64,000 nucleotides of DNA, from assembly GCA_964387285.1 (NCBI GenBank), contig CAYLWO010000002.1, positions 4,070 through 68,069 of the forward strand, in the 5' to 3' direction. The position numbers were made by a program, and so were the translations under genes. The notes beneath the pieces are model-generated. The model was not told the origin of the DNA and did no database searches. It saw only the letters and a program-made list of their open reading frames with translations. This stretch comes from an uncultured Cytophagia bacterium (lineage in GTDB: Bacteria > Zhuqueibacterota > Zhuqueibacteria > Residuimicrobiales > Residuimicrobiaceae). This document shows, piece after piece, positions 38,823 through 49,195 of the stretch (the stretch's first letter is position 1; the number at the start of each line of letters is the position of its first letter).

Positions 38823-38950
38823 GAATGGGTCTGTTTCCTTCTTTAGTTAATAAAAAATATAAATACCCGGGCGTAGAAAATAACACAGCCAGCGGTAAAA
38901 AACAAGGGGTTTTTCACCCTAGAGGCTTTCATAATCGCTCTCTCACACAC

Positions 38951-41428
38951 TTAACGCGTTAAAAGTGAAGAATAGTATGAAATATAGGCCAATAAAGATC
39001 GACTCGGTTCAAAATATAAAATAAGAGCGAGCGCCGTAACTCCCAGTAGCATGGCAAGATACAGCAGGGCTTTGACAGCACCGGTCTGCAGAATCACCTT
39101 TAATCCGCGCAGCATGCGTATGAGAAACCAGCCGACGAGTACGAGCAAGATGAATAGCAGCGGTTGCACCAAATAATTTTTCTCAAGACTGCGATAAAGG
39201 ACAATCACGACCGGGATGGCAAACAAAAAGTTGGCCGGCACCCAGTGGACAAACGACAGTATCTGAGTAAAACGGAGATATCGGCGATGCCATAATACAC
39301 TAAGCTTGATTAATATTGCCTGGGCGATGGCCAGCATCTCGAGAAAAAGCGTCAGCAAGGCTATCAGAGCTGTCGGACGCCATATAAACCATATGGCATA
39401 GTATTTAATTTTAGCGCCGGGAAAAAGCCAAGTCAACCACTCATCTATATATGTGTTGCAGCGGTAATAATAGATTAAACTGGTCAATCCGGCGGCAATG
39501 GCTAAAAACGAAGCCATGCCGACCAATCCGGTGAGAAAAGGCGCCAATTGACGATTTTCAACCAAATCCGTGTAGAATCCATGTGGATAGAAAAATGCGC
39601 GGCGGACATAATGACTCATCCGTTTATCCTGTTTGATAAAAAACAAAACAAGCAAAAGCAAAACGATTCCCAAAGCCTGAAAGATGTACGGTTCCGGCGG
39701 AAACAACTCCCCGGGCAGCACTTCCGGCAAGGTGGTTCCGGAAAACAGACTTGTGATAACGCGATAGGCGCTGCGCGGCTGACCATGACTGTCGAGCAAC
39801 CCGGCAGTGAACAGATTGGTATTGCTGCGGTCTCCCCACATGAGGTGCGGGGTGTCGGACCAATAATCGCGTAATGGTGCAATCAGTACGCCCTGCAATT
39901 TTTCTGAATTCAAAGCAAGGGCAACGGCTTTCTTCATCTGAAAGGCCTGATACTGTTCCAGATTCGTTTCAGATGCCTGTATGGCGGGCATCGGTATGGT
40001 CAAGCGGTAGATAATCGGATAATAACTTTTATTTCGGGGCAAAGTCAAATCACCGATCCGCTCTGGCCGCGTCTCCCAGATAGCCAAATCTACCGGCAAA
40101 TTTTCCGGCAACAATCTTTCGCCGCGAAAGCCGGCATAAACCGGACGTGAATCCGTCTCTGCAATCCAGTGCCGCATCTCGGTGAGAAAAGATAGGGCTG
40201 TTACGTCGTACGCGTCATAACCGTTGCCCAGCCCCCAGCCGGCGATGCAAGGATGGTGCTGACCGAGAGGCAACAATTCCTTTAAAATGCTTTGGCCGGA
40301 CTTTATCAGATCGGCATTCAGGTGACGCGAAGGGATATTGATCAACGGCGCTTCAATAAAAACGGCCAATCCCAATCGGTCGCAAACAGAAAGCAGATAT
40401 TCCGGAGGGGCGCCGCCCAGAACGCGAACCGCATTGGCGCCGGATTTAAAAATCGCCTGCATCTCCTGATCAATGCTTCTCCTCAGTTCGCTCTCGGAAA
40501 GCACTTTCAAGCGATAATCTTCCACCCACTCGATCGCCCGCCAGCGAACCGTCTTGAGTGACTCGTTAAAACCGAATTGCAATTCAGCCCGATCCACAAC
40601 AGAATCGGCCCTTAAAATCGTTGCCTCGATGCGATACAATGCCGGGGAGCGCGGCAGCCAAATGACCGGCGCAGGTAACGTCACGCTGGTTTGAATATCA
40701 GCCGCGCTAGCTGTAAACGCAGCAACCGGTTGTTGTGCCGTGTACATCGGTAGAGAATCTTTGGGAGCGAAGACCGTGATCCGGCATTGAATTTTCTTCT
40801 GATCGGAAAACGCCAATGAATCAGCGGCAGATTTCGCCATCGCCAGACGGATATTTAATACGCCGACGCCCGGATCAACGGTCATGGATTTTATGCCCCA
40901 TGGGCGAACATACAGCAGTTTGATGGGACGCGTCAAACCGCCGACCACGGCGGGCAGGCCGCGACTGCGCACGCTATGCGGCAGCGTGGTTTTATAATTT
41001 ACCCGTGTATCTAAATCTACTACCAGCTCATTGTGCTCATTAAAAAACAGATCCTGTTTTGCAATATCAAACACGACCGGTGTTGAGGTGCGCAGCCGGC
41101 TGCCTAACAATTTTTTATTAAGATATACGGCGCTGGAGCCTTCCAGACTTTCAAACACCAATCTGTATGCGTGGCTGCAATGGATGGAATCCAGGTCGAA
41201 ATACCGGCGGAACGTATATACGCCCTGACTGCGCAACACATGGGGCGCCTGAATCGGATGCCAGCTGTCTTTCAAACTAACGCGATATTGCCAGGCGCCA
41301 TTCAGCAAAATTTCTCCGGGCTTGTTCAGACTGTCCGGTCGAAACAACCGATCAAAAAAGATCGTGGTCTCTGCACTCAAAACAGTAATCATCGACAAGA
41401 AAAAAATGATGAAGAAAACCCGTTTCAT
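38951..41428 (-). CDS. GH2-like glycoside-hydrolase ectodomain fused to C-terminal polytopic membrane domain
   Basis: Signal/TM at the N-terminus. GH2 sugar-binding (LNGAWQY) and TIM-barrel (GANAVRVLGGAPPEYLLSVCDRLGLAVFIEAPL) regions. About 260 C-terminal residues form roughly 6-7 TM helices. Confidence 0.55.
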   Translation of the reverse strand: MKRVFFIIFFLSMITVLSAETTIFFDRLFRPDSLNKPGEILLNGAWQYRVSLKDSWHPIQAPHVLRSQGVYTFRRYFDLDSIHCSHAYRLVFESLEGSSAVYLNKKLLGSRLRTSTPVVFDIAKQDLFFNEHNELVVDLDTRVNYKTTLPHSVRSRGLPAVVGGLTRPIKLLYVRPWGIKSMTVDPGVGVLNIRLAMAKSAADSLAFSDQKKIQCRITVFAPKDSLPMYTAQQPVAAFTASAADIQTSVTLPAPVIWLPRSPALYRIEATILRADSVVDRAELQFGFNESLKTVRWRAIEWVEDYRLKVLSESELRRSIDQEMQAIFKSGANAVRVLGGAPPEYLLSVCDRLGLAVFIEAPLINIPSRHLNADLIKSGQSILKELLPLGQHHPCIAGWGLGNGYDAYDVTALSFLTEMRHWIAETDSRPVYAGFRGERLLPENLPVDLAIWETRPERIGDLTLPRNKSYYPIIYRLTIPMPAIQASETNLEQYQAFQMKKAVALALNSEKLQGVLIAPLRDYWSDTPHLMWGDRSNTNLFTAGLLDSHGQPRSAYRVITSLFSGTTLPEVLPGELFPPEPYIFQALGIVLLLLVLFFIKQDKRMSHYVRRAFFYPHGFYTDLVENRQLAPFLTGLVGMASFLAIAAGLTSLIYYYRCNTYIDEWLTWLFPGAKIKYYAIWFIWRPTALIALLTLFLEMLAIAQAILIKLSVLWHRRYLRFTQILSFVHWVPANFLFAIPVVIVLYRSLEKNYLVQPLLFILLVLVGWFLIRMLRGLKVILQTGAVKALLYLAMLLGVTALALILYFEPSRSLLAYISYYSSLLTR

Positions 41429-41474
41429 AAAACTATTCCAGTTATAAAATGTTAGCTGTTAAATTTGCTTCTTA

Positions 41475-43487
41475 TTATTGTTTGACTGCCAGCACCGCCT
41501 GACGCGTCGCCTGCAACAACGGTTCTGCCGATACCGGGCTGCCAACGGCCAGGCGCATCCAGGCGTCTGGAGTGATGGCGCCAAGCCTGCACATGCGTTC
41601 CATTTCGGCGCCGAGATTTTTGTTCTGCAAATATTGCTCGATTTGGAACATGATGATATGACCGAGAGAGTAATCGGGCAAATACAAGCCGGAATCGATC
41701 ATATGCGAATAGATGGCCAACAAGTAAGTATCCTTGACGCCCAACAAAGGCTGCCAATATTTATTCCACAGTTCGCGGGAAATTTCCAGCACCGCAGCTT
41801 TCAACTCGGCCGGGCCTGCTTGCGGATGATCATACATCCAATGCCACACCTTCATATCGAGCAATCCTACCGAAGCGATTTCACAAGTAGCCCAGTAGGT
41901 ATCCAGTGCGGCCAGGTGCTCCGCCTGTGGATCGCTTTGCACTAAGCCCAAGAGTTCCAGATCACGCGATTGGAAAACGAAAGCAAAAGCTTCGGTAAAA
42001 GCGGTATTGGGCACGCCGGCCAGAAGCGAATGATCGATGCGATTAAGGGAAAACACCTGCTCAACGCAATGACCCAATTCATGAATGGCAATATTATAGC
42101 CTTTATAACGCATGCCGTCGCCGGGGATGCGCGTGCGTAAATGCGCCTGATCTTCGCGACGGCCCGCGCCCATCGCATGGCCGGCGCCGCGCGAAGGATC
42201 TACGACAATCTTTTCGGATAAAAACTGCGACGTATCCCGGTTAAAATCCAGCTTGGTTAATATATTAATCAGATCCGCCTGAAACGCCGCTGTGGTGGGA
42301 TAAAGCGATTTTGTCCGACGATCCAGTTCCTCTTCGTTGTAATGGGCGGCCGGCTTGAAACCGTTATACCAAATATCAAAGGATTCCAGTTTGCGACCCA
42401 ATCGCCTGGCGATAAGCCGGCTAACTTGTTTAGCCACCGGATCCGTAAGCACCGAAATCAACAGTTGTTCAAACTGGGCTTCGGGAATTTCACGATCTCT
42501 TTCAAAGCGACGCGCTGGTTTACTCGGCAGTTGCGGGAAATAGACGTCCGCCTGTCGTTCCGCGTGAAAAATATTGAGTAAAAATTGATACCGTGTATCC
42601 GGCTCTGATTTGAAAGGAACCGGCGGCAAAAGGGCATTCTTGAATGGATTCCAAACCAGGCTGTCGTTATCGATCACGGCTTGCGGAATTTCCTGTGCAA
42701 TGATTCGCTCCATCACCGCGCGGATCATGCGTTGCCGGGCCAGACCGTTGGCATTGGCGTACTGGGCTTTCAACTCGTCGCGCAATCCCCAGTGGGTGAT
42801 CAGTTTTAATCCTGCCGGAAAAAGCCGCTGACCGCTATCATCAACAAGCTGATGCATATGGATGTTATAATTAGCAATATAATCATCAGCCTGAACATAG
42901 GCTGTGGACAAAGCCTGGTTCACATCTGCAGGCACGCGATCCAGGAACCGTTGCGCCAATCGCGCTTGTGCCCACTGTTCGCGACTCCATTGCAGCCCCT
43001 GCTGCAACCGCTCCGCCAGCGTGGTATTGGCAAAATTAAGCAGCACCACAAAGGCAATTTTTGTTTTAAACAAATCTTCGGTAACATGTGCAGACGGATT
43101 ATATTGAGCAAACAGATAATCTACAGGTAAAATCGATCCCATCTCCAATTGCATCGGCCGCGACAAATCACGTCCAACCTCAACGTTATGCCCGCCGATG
43201 ATCTCGAGATTGGTCTCCGTCCTTGCCAGGGTATTTTGCAGATCCTGCGGCGAGGCGATGAAATGATCCAGACAAAAATGCTGAAAAGCCTGTTCATTCC
43301 CGTCCTGTGTTCGCCATAATGCAGCGGCCTGGCGCACGCCCTGAACCATGCGCAAATGATTACCTGCGCCGTAACGGGTTTGCAGGTCCTGAATGGTTTG
43401 TTGAATGATGCGCTCTTCCATACTCCTGGATTGAGTTGATAAAAGCAAACAGAGTACTATGAGAATAGCCAGGCGTAAGCGATGCAT
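41475..43487 (-). CDS. Secreted putative zinc metallopeptidase (HExxH)
   Basis: Start at MHRLRLAILIVLCLLLS after the GGGAGG RBS. HELGHCVEQ zincin motif. 670 aa, no closer family assignment. Confidence 0.4.
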   Translation of the reverse strand: MHRLRLAILIVLCLLLSTQSRSMEERIIQQTIQDLQTRYGAGNHLRMVQGVRQAAALWRTQDGNEQAFQHFCLDHFIASPQDLQNTLARTETNLEIIGGHNVEVGRDLSRPMQLEMGSILPVDYLFAQYNPSAHVTEDLFKTKIAFVVLLNFANTTLAERLQQGLQWSREQWAQARLAQRFLDRVPADVNQALSTAYVQADDYIANYNIHMHQLVDDSGQRLFPAGLKLITHWGLRDELKAQYANANGLARQRMIRAVMERIIAQEIPQAVIDNDSLVWNPFKNALLPPVPFKSEPDTRYQFLLNIFHAERQADVYFPQLPSKPARRFERDREIPEAQFEQLLISVLTDPVAKQVSRLIARRLGRKLESFDIWYNGFKPAAHYNEEELDRRTKSLYPTTAAFQADLINILTKLDFNRDTSQFLSEKIVVDPSRGAGHAMGAGRREDQAHLRTRIPGDGMRYKGYNIAIHELGHCVEQVFSLNRIDHSLLAGVPNTAFTEAFAFVFQSRDLELLGLVQSDPQAEHLAALDTYWATCEIASVGLLDMKVWHWMYDHPQAGPAELKAAVLEISRELWNKYWQPLLGVKDTYLLAIYSHMIDSGLYLPDYSLGHIIMFQIEQYLQNKNLGAEMERMCRLGAITPDAWMRLAVGSPVSAEPLLQATRQAVLAVKQ

Positions 43488-43692
43488 AGCCGCCTCCCTA
43501 TCTGAGTAATGGATAATTACAATCACTATTTTATTCATTTTTCCGCACAAATCAAAACAAAATGATCACAGTATCCGTGTAATTTATATTAAAGACACCT
43601 AAATCCTGTGTAATACTTATTATAAAAACCCCTTGAATTTAAAGAAAATATCCGTTATTTTTTGAATCAAAAGAACTCTCCGGGAGCCCATC

Positions 43693-44037
43693 ATGACGGA
43701 AAAATATTCTGAATTGGTCTACTCGACCGCCAAAGCACAACCAGATCAGGAGCACAATGCCATCGCTTCTCAGCCGCAGCCAGGCGGCGGTAAATCACCG
43801 CAAACGGCGCGCATTTCGTTGGATCGTAAAGGCCGGCAAGGCAAATCAATGACCATCATTGACGGTCTGTCCGCATGCCCCAGTCATATGGCAACTTTAT
43901 GCAAAACATTAAAAACAAACCTGGGAGCTGGGGGCACAGTGAAAGAGGGTCATATCGAAATTCAGGGAGATCATCGCAGCAAAGTGGTTGCGCTATTGCA
44001 AAAGTTGAATTATAAAACAAAATTGATCGGCGGATAA
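43693..44037 (+). CDS. yciH: Translation initiation factor SUI1/YciH
   Basis: KGRQGKSMTIIDGL...LCKTLKTNLGAGGTVKEGHIEIQGDHR SUI1 fold motifs. Confidence 0.85.
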   Translation: MTEKYSELVYSTAKAQPDQEHNAIASQPQPGGGKSPQTARISLDRKGRQGKSMTIIDGLSACPSHMATLCKTLKTNLGAGGTVKEGHIEIQGDHRSKVVALLQKLNYKTKLIGG

Positions 44038-44054
44038 CCAAAAGCCAAAAGGAG

Positions 44055-44756
44055 ATGACCATGAAAAAGCAGTCTCTTTTTTTTACCGTGGTATTGTTGA
44101 TCGGGTTGCTTGCCGGTTGCGGACAAGCTCAAACCAGGTTTCAGGCCGGCGTACATCTGGCAGCCGGATTATTGCAGGGAGAATTTAAGCAAAACACCGG
44201 CAATGATGGGTATGGTCTGACCGGAGAATTTCTGTATGCGCCCCCCCGTTCCATTTTCAGCGTCGGCGTGGATATCGGTTTTTTAATCTATGGCATGGAA
44301 ACGCGCCACCAGCCGTTAAGCAGCGAATTCCCGGATATCGATGTAGACGTCACTACCGATAATTCAATGGTCTTGTCCCACCTGCTCTTGCGCATTCAAA
44401 ACAGAGAGGGCCGGTTTCGGCCTTATGTTGAAGGGGTCGTGGGGTTGAACTATCTTTTTACACAAACCAGAATCGAAGACGCCGATGATTGGAATGATGA
44501 CTGGGACAATGACTCGTTCAGTACCACCAATTTTGACGATACCGCTTTCAATTACGGCGCCGGCGGCGGACTGCAATGGCTGGTGCATAAAAACACGGTG
44601 GCGCTGGATCTGCGCGCCCGATATCTCGCTGGCGGCGAAGCTCGTTATCTGAAAAAAGGCTCCATTCACCGCGAAAAAGGCAAAGTAACCTATGACGTCA
44701 AAGAATCGACCACGGATATGGTGCTGATCCAATTAGGCGTGTGTTTTAACTTTTAA
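44055..44756 (+). CDS. Outer-membrane beta-barrel lipoprotein (OmpA/OmpW-like barrel)
   Basis: Lipobox LLAGCGQ. Alternating hydrophobic strands. C-terminal ...LGVCFNF. Confidence 0.5.
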   Translation: MTMKKQSLFFTVVLLIGLLAGCGQAQTRFQAGVHLAAGLLQGEFKQNTGNDGYGLTGEFLYAPPRSIFSVGVDIGFLIYGMETRHQPLSSEFPDIDVDVTTDNSMVLSHLLLRIQNREGRFRPYVEGVVGLNYLFTQTRIEDADDWNDDWDNDSFSTTNFDDTAFNYGAGGGLQWLVHKNTVALDLRARYLAGGEARYLKKGSIHREKGKVTYDVKESTTDMVLIQLGVCFNF

Positions 44757-44974
44757 GCATCTTTGTTGCGATACAGTCCTGCCATAAGATCCGGCAGGAC
44801 CTCACCGGTGTATTTGCCGGTCTATTGGACTGAAACACGTTATGGCCTCAGCGCATCATATGGCAACCATTGTGACCCGGTAAAATGCAGGAAAGAACCC
44901 GGAAATAGCTCCGTTTATTCAATCGCTGGTCCACTATTTACGACGCGCGCAATATCCCGTTCAAGTCCGAATCG

Positions 44975-45298
44975 ATGAACTATATCGAAACAGACGCACT
45001 GTTAAATTTCCTGAATGACCGGGATATGGTCAGGGTTTTTCTCGAATGGAAACACAGCCTGAGTCATGACGGTTTTGTCACGACCCGAGTGCTGGCCAGT
45101 GATAATATTCTAAAAAGATGCTACCACATGGTCTTGTTGACAATAGGCGATATCGTGCTCGGCGTCCGGTACAAAAGCCATTCCCTTCGTTCGGTGATCA
45201 ACGATATTGAAAACGCCCGATTATCCTATATCTATGGCGGCAAAGCTCATTTTTTCCACTTTAGAAGATTCTCTATGATAAAAAACCCTGCCTTGTGA
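44975..45298 (+). CDS. Hypothetical protein
   Basis: 107-aa ORF with no recognisable motif. Weak call. Confidence 0.2.
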   Translation: MNYIETDALLNFLNDRDMVRVFLEWKHSLSHDGFVTTRVLASDNILKRCYHMVLLTIGDIVLGVRYKSHSLRSVINDIENARLSYIYGGKAHFFHFRRFSMIKNPAL

Positions 45299-45302
45299 TA
45301 TT

Positions 45303-45932
45303 TCACGCCTCCATGGCGCCCTGACTTTTGCGCTTTTGCAGGCGTGAATAGACAAACCACCCCAGCAATGCAACAAGAAACACGACCACCCCGATATCGA
45401 TCTGGTGGGAATACTTTTGCACTACCGGCCAATTTTCACGCAACTTGATTCCCAAAAACAGCAAAAAACTGTTCCAGATCGTGGCGCCCAGCAAGGTGAC
45501 GAGGATAAAGGGGCCAATGGGCATTTTACCCATGCCGGCCGGAATGGATACAAAATGGCGGATCACCGGAATAAAGCGGCTGATGAACAGGGTCCAGACG
45601 CCGCTGCGTTTGTTAAAAAATTTTTCCGTCATTTCCAGATCGTGTTTATCCAGCAACAGATATTTCCCCACGCGCAACACCAGCGGCTTGCCGCCGTACA
45701 ATCCCAGATAATAGGAAATCAACGAGCCGATAATGGAACCAAGGGAGGTTGCCAAAACGGCAACCGGTAAATTCCATTTGCCGTCAGCTACCAAAAATCC
45801 CACAAACGGCATCACCGCTTCGCTCGGCACCGGAGCGATCATGCTCTCCAACGCCATCAACAAACCCGCGCCCCAATAGCCCATCATTTCTAAAATTTTT
45901 ACGGCATATTGAGAAATAATCTCTGTAATCAT
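45303..45932 (-). CDS. DedA/VTT-domain membrane protein
   Basis: YWGAGLLMALESMIAPVPSE...FISRFIPVIR DedA signature. Confidence 0.8.
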   Translation of the reverse strand: MITEIISQYAVKILEMMGYWGAGLLMALESMIAPVPSEAVMPFVGFLVADGKWNLPVAVLATSLGSIIGSLISYYLGLYGGKPLVLRVGKYLLLDKHDLEMTEKFFNKRSGVWTLFISRFIPVIRHFVSIPAGMGKMPIGPFILVTLLGATIWNSFLLFLGIKLRENWPVVQKYSHQIDIGVVVFLVALLGWFVYSRLQKRKSQGAMEA

Positions 45933-46037
45933 GCTACCTCATCGTTAAATGAACAATATCGCTTCCTGTAAAACGAATTTTTAAGAGGTCGAGTATACGA
46001 ATTTTTTTTACAAAATGCAAGGACTGTTGGGAGCGGG

Positions 46038-47126
46038 TCATCTTACGCGATTGTCCAGAATTTTTTTCAATCCCGCACTGGCGCCCGGCGACCAGCCGAA
46101 TGCCCGTTGCCAGACTTCGTCGCTTTCCATGCAAAGATACAACCCATCGTCGAATCCATAACGATTGATCCATTGCTTCATCCTGCTGAACATCTCGATG
46201 CGCTGCGGTTTGAAATAGCGCAGTTTTTTGTCAACACCCGGCAACAATTCGCCCAAAACAATTTGCGAGTGCGGATGGGCCTGACGAATGATGTCGTCCA
46301 TGGCTGAGGGATAACGCAAGGCGCCCAGACTGATCCAGGCGATGTTTTCCGGCCGGGCAAAAGAAAAAATGCGGTCAACCGTCTCTCGATAATAATCCTG
46401 CCAACCCGCAAAATAGATCATGGGGTCGAAATGAAAACCCAACCGGTATCCCGCCTTTTGCACCTCCTTGGCCGCAGCCAGGCGATCTGCCAACGTAGGC
46501 GCATCCGGTTCTTCACTGCGACAGATCGGCTCTGCATTGACCGACCAGGAGACTATGGTCCGCCGTCCATGATCAAGCGTCAACAAGTTGTCGATGTGTA
46601 CGTTTTTCGATTTCAGTTCAATGACCGCATTGTGTTGTGGTCTGAACCAGTTCACCAGGTCCACAGACAATCCGGTGAGATGATCAAAGGTCATGCTGTC
46701 CGACAGTTCGCCGGTGCCGATGCGAAAAAAACGGTCGGCCGAACGCTGCAACGCTTCCGCCAACTCGCAAAACATATCACCGGCATTCACGTACAAAGTG
46801 GTGCACGGCGTATTGAGATAACCCTGCAGAATGCAATAACTGCAGCCCAGATCACATCCGGCTGCCACATCCAGGTTTTGATATAAACAGCAAATATGCT
46901 TGGGCGTGCCGGGACAATAGCGCAGAAACGGCCCGCGCTGTTTTGCCAACAACAAAGTTCCTGACGGACTCGTCCGCGACCACAAAGATTCCGCGTCAGC
47001 AATCGTTTCCAGCGGAGTGTGCGGCAAACGAGACAGGATCCGTTGCGTCAGCGGCTCTTTCGCTACCGATTCTTCAATGTAGATGCGCAGCGGTTGAAAA
47101 TTTTTCTGTGAGGGAAAAGAGATCAT
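46038..47126 (-). CDS. Radical SAM protein, spore-photoproduct-lyase-like (COG1533/SplB family)
   Basis: CDLGCSYC (Cx3Cx2C) near the N-terminus. 362 aa. ATGA overlap with the upstream ParB-like gene. Confidence 0.6.
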   Translation of the reverse strand: MISFPSQKNFQPLRIYIEESVAKEPLTQRILSRLPHTPLETIADAESLWSRTSPSGTLLLAKQRGPFLRYCPGTPKHICCLYQNLDVAAGCDLGCSYCILQGYLNTPCTTLYVNAGDMFCELAEALQRSADRFFRIGTGELSDSMTFDHLTGLSVDLVNWFRPQHNAVIELKSKNVHIDNLLTLDHGRRTIVSWSVNAEPICRSEEPDAPTLADRLAAAKEVQKAGYRLGFHFDPMIYFAGWQDYYRETVDRIFSFARPENIAWISLGALRYPSAMDDIIRQAHPHSQIVLGELLPGVDKKLRYFKPQRIEMFSRMKQWINRYGFDDGLYLCMESDEVWQRAFGWSPGASAGLKKILDNRVR

Positions 47127-48106
47127 GCCAATCCAACCATGTTTTCGATAATGCCGTCATCGGCCAGGCGCTGCAATTCATGCACCTGCTGTTGAAATTC
47201 CCTGCTGTCCTTGAAGGTAAAAGAGACGGAAAACTCATCATGAGAAAAAAACAAGGGCGCCTGCAATCGGCACGTTGGTGGCAGGTGCGCGGCTTTGAGC
47301 AAATCATTAAATTTTTTTTGCACCACACTATACTGCGGATAACGCAAACGAATCAGTTCTGCTTTAACGCGTTCCACTTTTTGCGAAGGCGTGAGCGTGG
47401 TTTCCGACAAAACATCAGTCAAAGCCGGTTGCTGTAATAACGTGCAGAGGTCCCTGTTTAACATGCGACTCACATCGCACGCCAATTGACAAAATTCCTT
47501 CTGCCTGTTTTTGCCCAACCGGAGGGACTTGAAAAGATGCAGCAGGCCATGACGTTCCGGAATCGACAACGCGACCAGTGTCGGCAACAAATCCAGCGAC
47601 AGCCAATCCTGTGCAAGCTCGGCTTTGCTAACGTCGTCCAATTCGTACAGCGGCCGATATAACTCGAACAACTTTACATTTTTCCCCAATCCCAATAACG
47701 GTAAAAAATGCTCCACGATTCTATTGCGGGCAACCGCTTTTTGTTCCAACTTGAACAGCACGGTAGCAATCTCTAAAGGATTCAACATACTGGACCGATC
47801 AGACAGGGCTAACGTGTACAGTTCTTCCTCCGGGCAGCGTTCGGCAATCAATAAAACCGGGACCTGCGGCCAAAGCAATTCGCGCGCTAGTTGCAGACGT
47901 TTAAAACCCATTACCGGTTGATATCTGTTATCCGGCAATTTACGCACCAGCAACGGCTGCAGCATGCCCAGGGTCGCCAGACTGGCGCGCAAGGATTCCT
48001 CCGGTGCAGCTAACGAAATGCGAAACTCTTCATCCTGGCTGATAAGCGCGGTTTCGAGGTTTAAAAACTGGAATTTTCTCATCTTTCTCTCTGAAATCGG
48101 TTTCAT
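47123..48106 (-). CDS. ParB/Srx-like nuclease-domain protein
   Basis: ParB N-domain motifs LGMLQPLLVR and YQPVMGFKRLQLAREL...VPVLL. The helical C-terminal region is uncharacterised. Confidence 0.6.
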   Translation of the reverse strand: MKPISERKMRKFQFLNLETALISQDEEFRISLAAPEESLRASLATLGMLQPLLVRKLPDNRYQPVMGFKRLQLARELLWPQVPVLLIAERCPEEELYTLALSDRSSMLNPLEIATVLFKLEQKAVARNRIVEHFLPLLGLGKNVKLFELYRPLYELDDVSKAELAQDWLSLDLLPTLVALSIPERHGLLHLFKSLRLGKNRQKEFCQLACDVSRMLNRDLCTLLQQPALTDVLSETTLTPSQKVERVKAELIRLRYPQYSVVQKKFNDLLKAAHLPPTCRLQAPLFFSHDEFSVSFTFKDSREFQQQVHELQRLADDGIIENMVGLA

Positions 48107-48178
48107 ATTTCATTAAATTTACGTATCTTTTCGCTTAGAAAAAATGTTTTTGTCATTCCCGGGTGTGGAAATTGTCCC

Positions 48179-48207
48179 TTGACAAAATTGCTTTTATTTT
48201 GTAGAAT
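48179..48207 (+). promoter_or_regulatory. Sigma70-like promoter for ssb
   Basis: TTGACA (48179-48184), 17-nt spacer, TAGAAT (48202-48207). Lies about 52 nt upstream of the ssb ATG, whose RBS is AGGAGG. Confidence 0.5.
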
Positions 48208-48259
48208 TCTTTCGAGGTACCATTTTAGATGATCCGTAAAACATATAAGGAGGTGTATC

Positions 48260-48706
48260 ATGGCGTATGATAGTAAAGGCACCCTGAACAAGGTCATGTT
48301 GATCGGCCGACTGGGCCAGGATCCGGAGGTCAAATACACGCCCTCCGGCGCAGCAGTGGTCACCCTGAGCGTGGCAACCAACACCTCCTATAAGGATCAG
48401 GAGGGTAAAATGCAGGAGCAAACGGAATGGAATCGCGTGGTGGCCTGGCGCAAGACGGCTGAAAACATCGGCCAATATTGTAAAAAGGGTCACCGTATTT
48501 ATGTGGAAGGCAAACTCACTACCCGCTCCTGGAACGACAAGGACGGCAACAAACGCTACACCACCGAAATCACTGCTGATTCCGTGCAATTTCTGGAAGG
48601 CAAATCCGATCGAGAACCGGCAGGGCCGGCAGAACCGCCGCCGCATCCTGCTGAAGCGGATTTCAGCGCACCCATGCCGGCCGAAGCAGATGATCTGCCC
48701 TTCTAG
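48260..48706 (+). CDS. ssb: Single-stranded DNA-binding protein
   Basis: OB fold LNKVMLIGRLGQDPEVKYTPSGAAV...TEWNRVVAW. Acidic tail DDLPF. Confidence 0.9.
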   Translation: MAYDSKGTLNKVMLIGRLGQDPEVKYTPSGAAVVTLSVATNTSYKDQEGKMQEQTEWNRVVAWRKTAENIGQYCKKGHRIYVEGKLTTRSWNDKDGNKRYTTEITADSVQFLEGKSDREPAGPAEPPPHPAEADFSAPMPAEADDLPF

Positions 48707-48761
48707 GGGCTGTCGGCTGATAAAATCGTTTACTTTGTCCGACAATTTTCTTACTTTACAT

Positions 48762-48789
48762 CCAGGTCCTTCAGACCTGGATTTTTTTT
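48762..48789 (+). terminator. Rho-independent terminator after ssb
   Basis: ccaggtccttcagacctgg hairpin followed by tttttttt. Confidence 0.7.
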
Positions 48790-48802
48790 GCAGGAGATTG
48801 AA

Positions 48803-49195
48803 ATGCACGCGTATTCAGAACTTGCCGCCAAAGCGCGACATTCTCTGAAATTTTCCCAGGCCATTTATTCCGGCTTTGCGGTCGGCGCCGCATTGCTGGC
48901 TAAAGACGGAACCATCTTTACCGGATGCAATGTCGAATCCAGTTCGTATGGACTCACCATTTGTGCAGAACGGGTGGCTTTGGTTAAAGCTCTGTCGGAA
49001 GGCGTGACCGAATTCACCGCCATTGCCGTTGTCACGCCGAAGAAGCCCTTGTGTCCGCCCTGCGGCGCCTGTCGGCAGCTGTTATGGGATTATACGAAAA
49101 ATATTGTTGTGATTATGGCGACAGAAGACGAACAACAAACAACGACCCTGGCTGAGTTGCTGCCGTTTGCTTTTGATAACCGGTTTCTGTTATGA
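48803..49195 (+). CDS. cdd: Cytidine deaminase
   Basis: CAERVALVKA...PCGACRQ zinc-binding motifs. ATG chosen after the AGGAG RBS. Confidence 0.85.
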   Translation: MHAYSELAAKARHSLKFSQAIYSGFAVGAALLAKDGTIFTGCNVESSSYGLTICAERVALVKALSEGVTEFTAIAVVTPKKPLCPPCGACRQLLWDYTKNIVVIMATEDEQQTTTLAELLPFAFDNRFLL

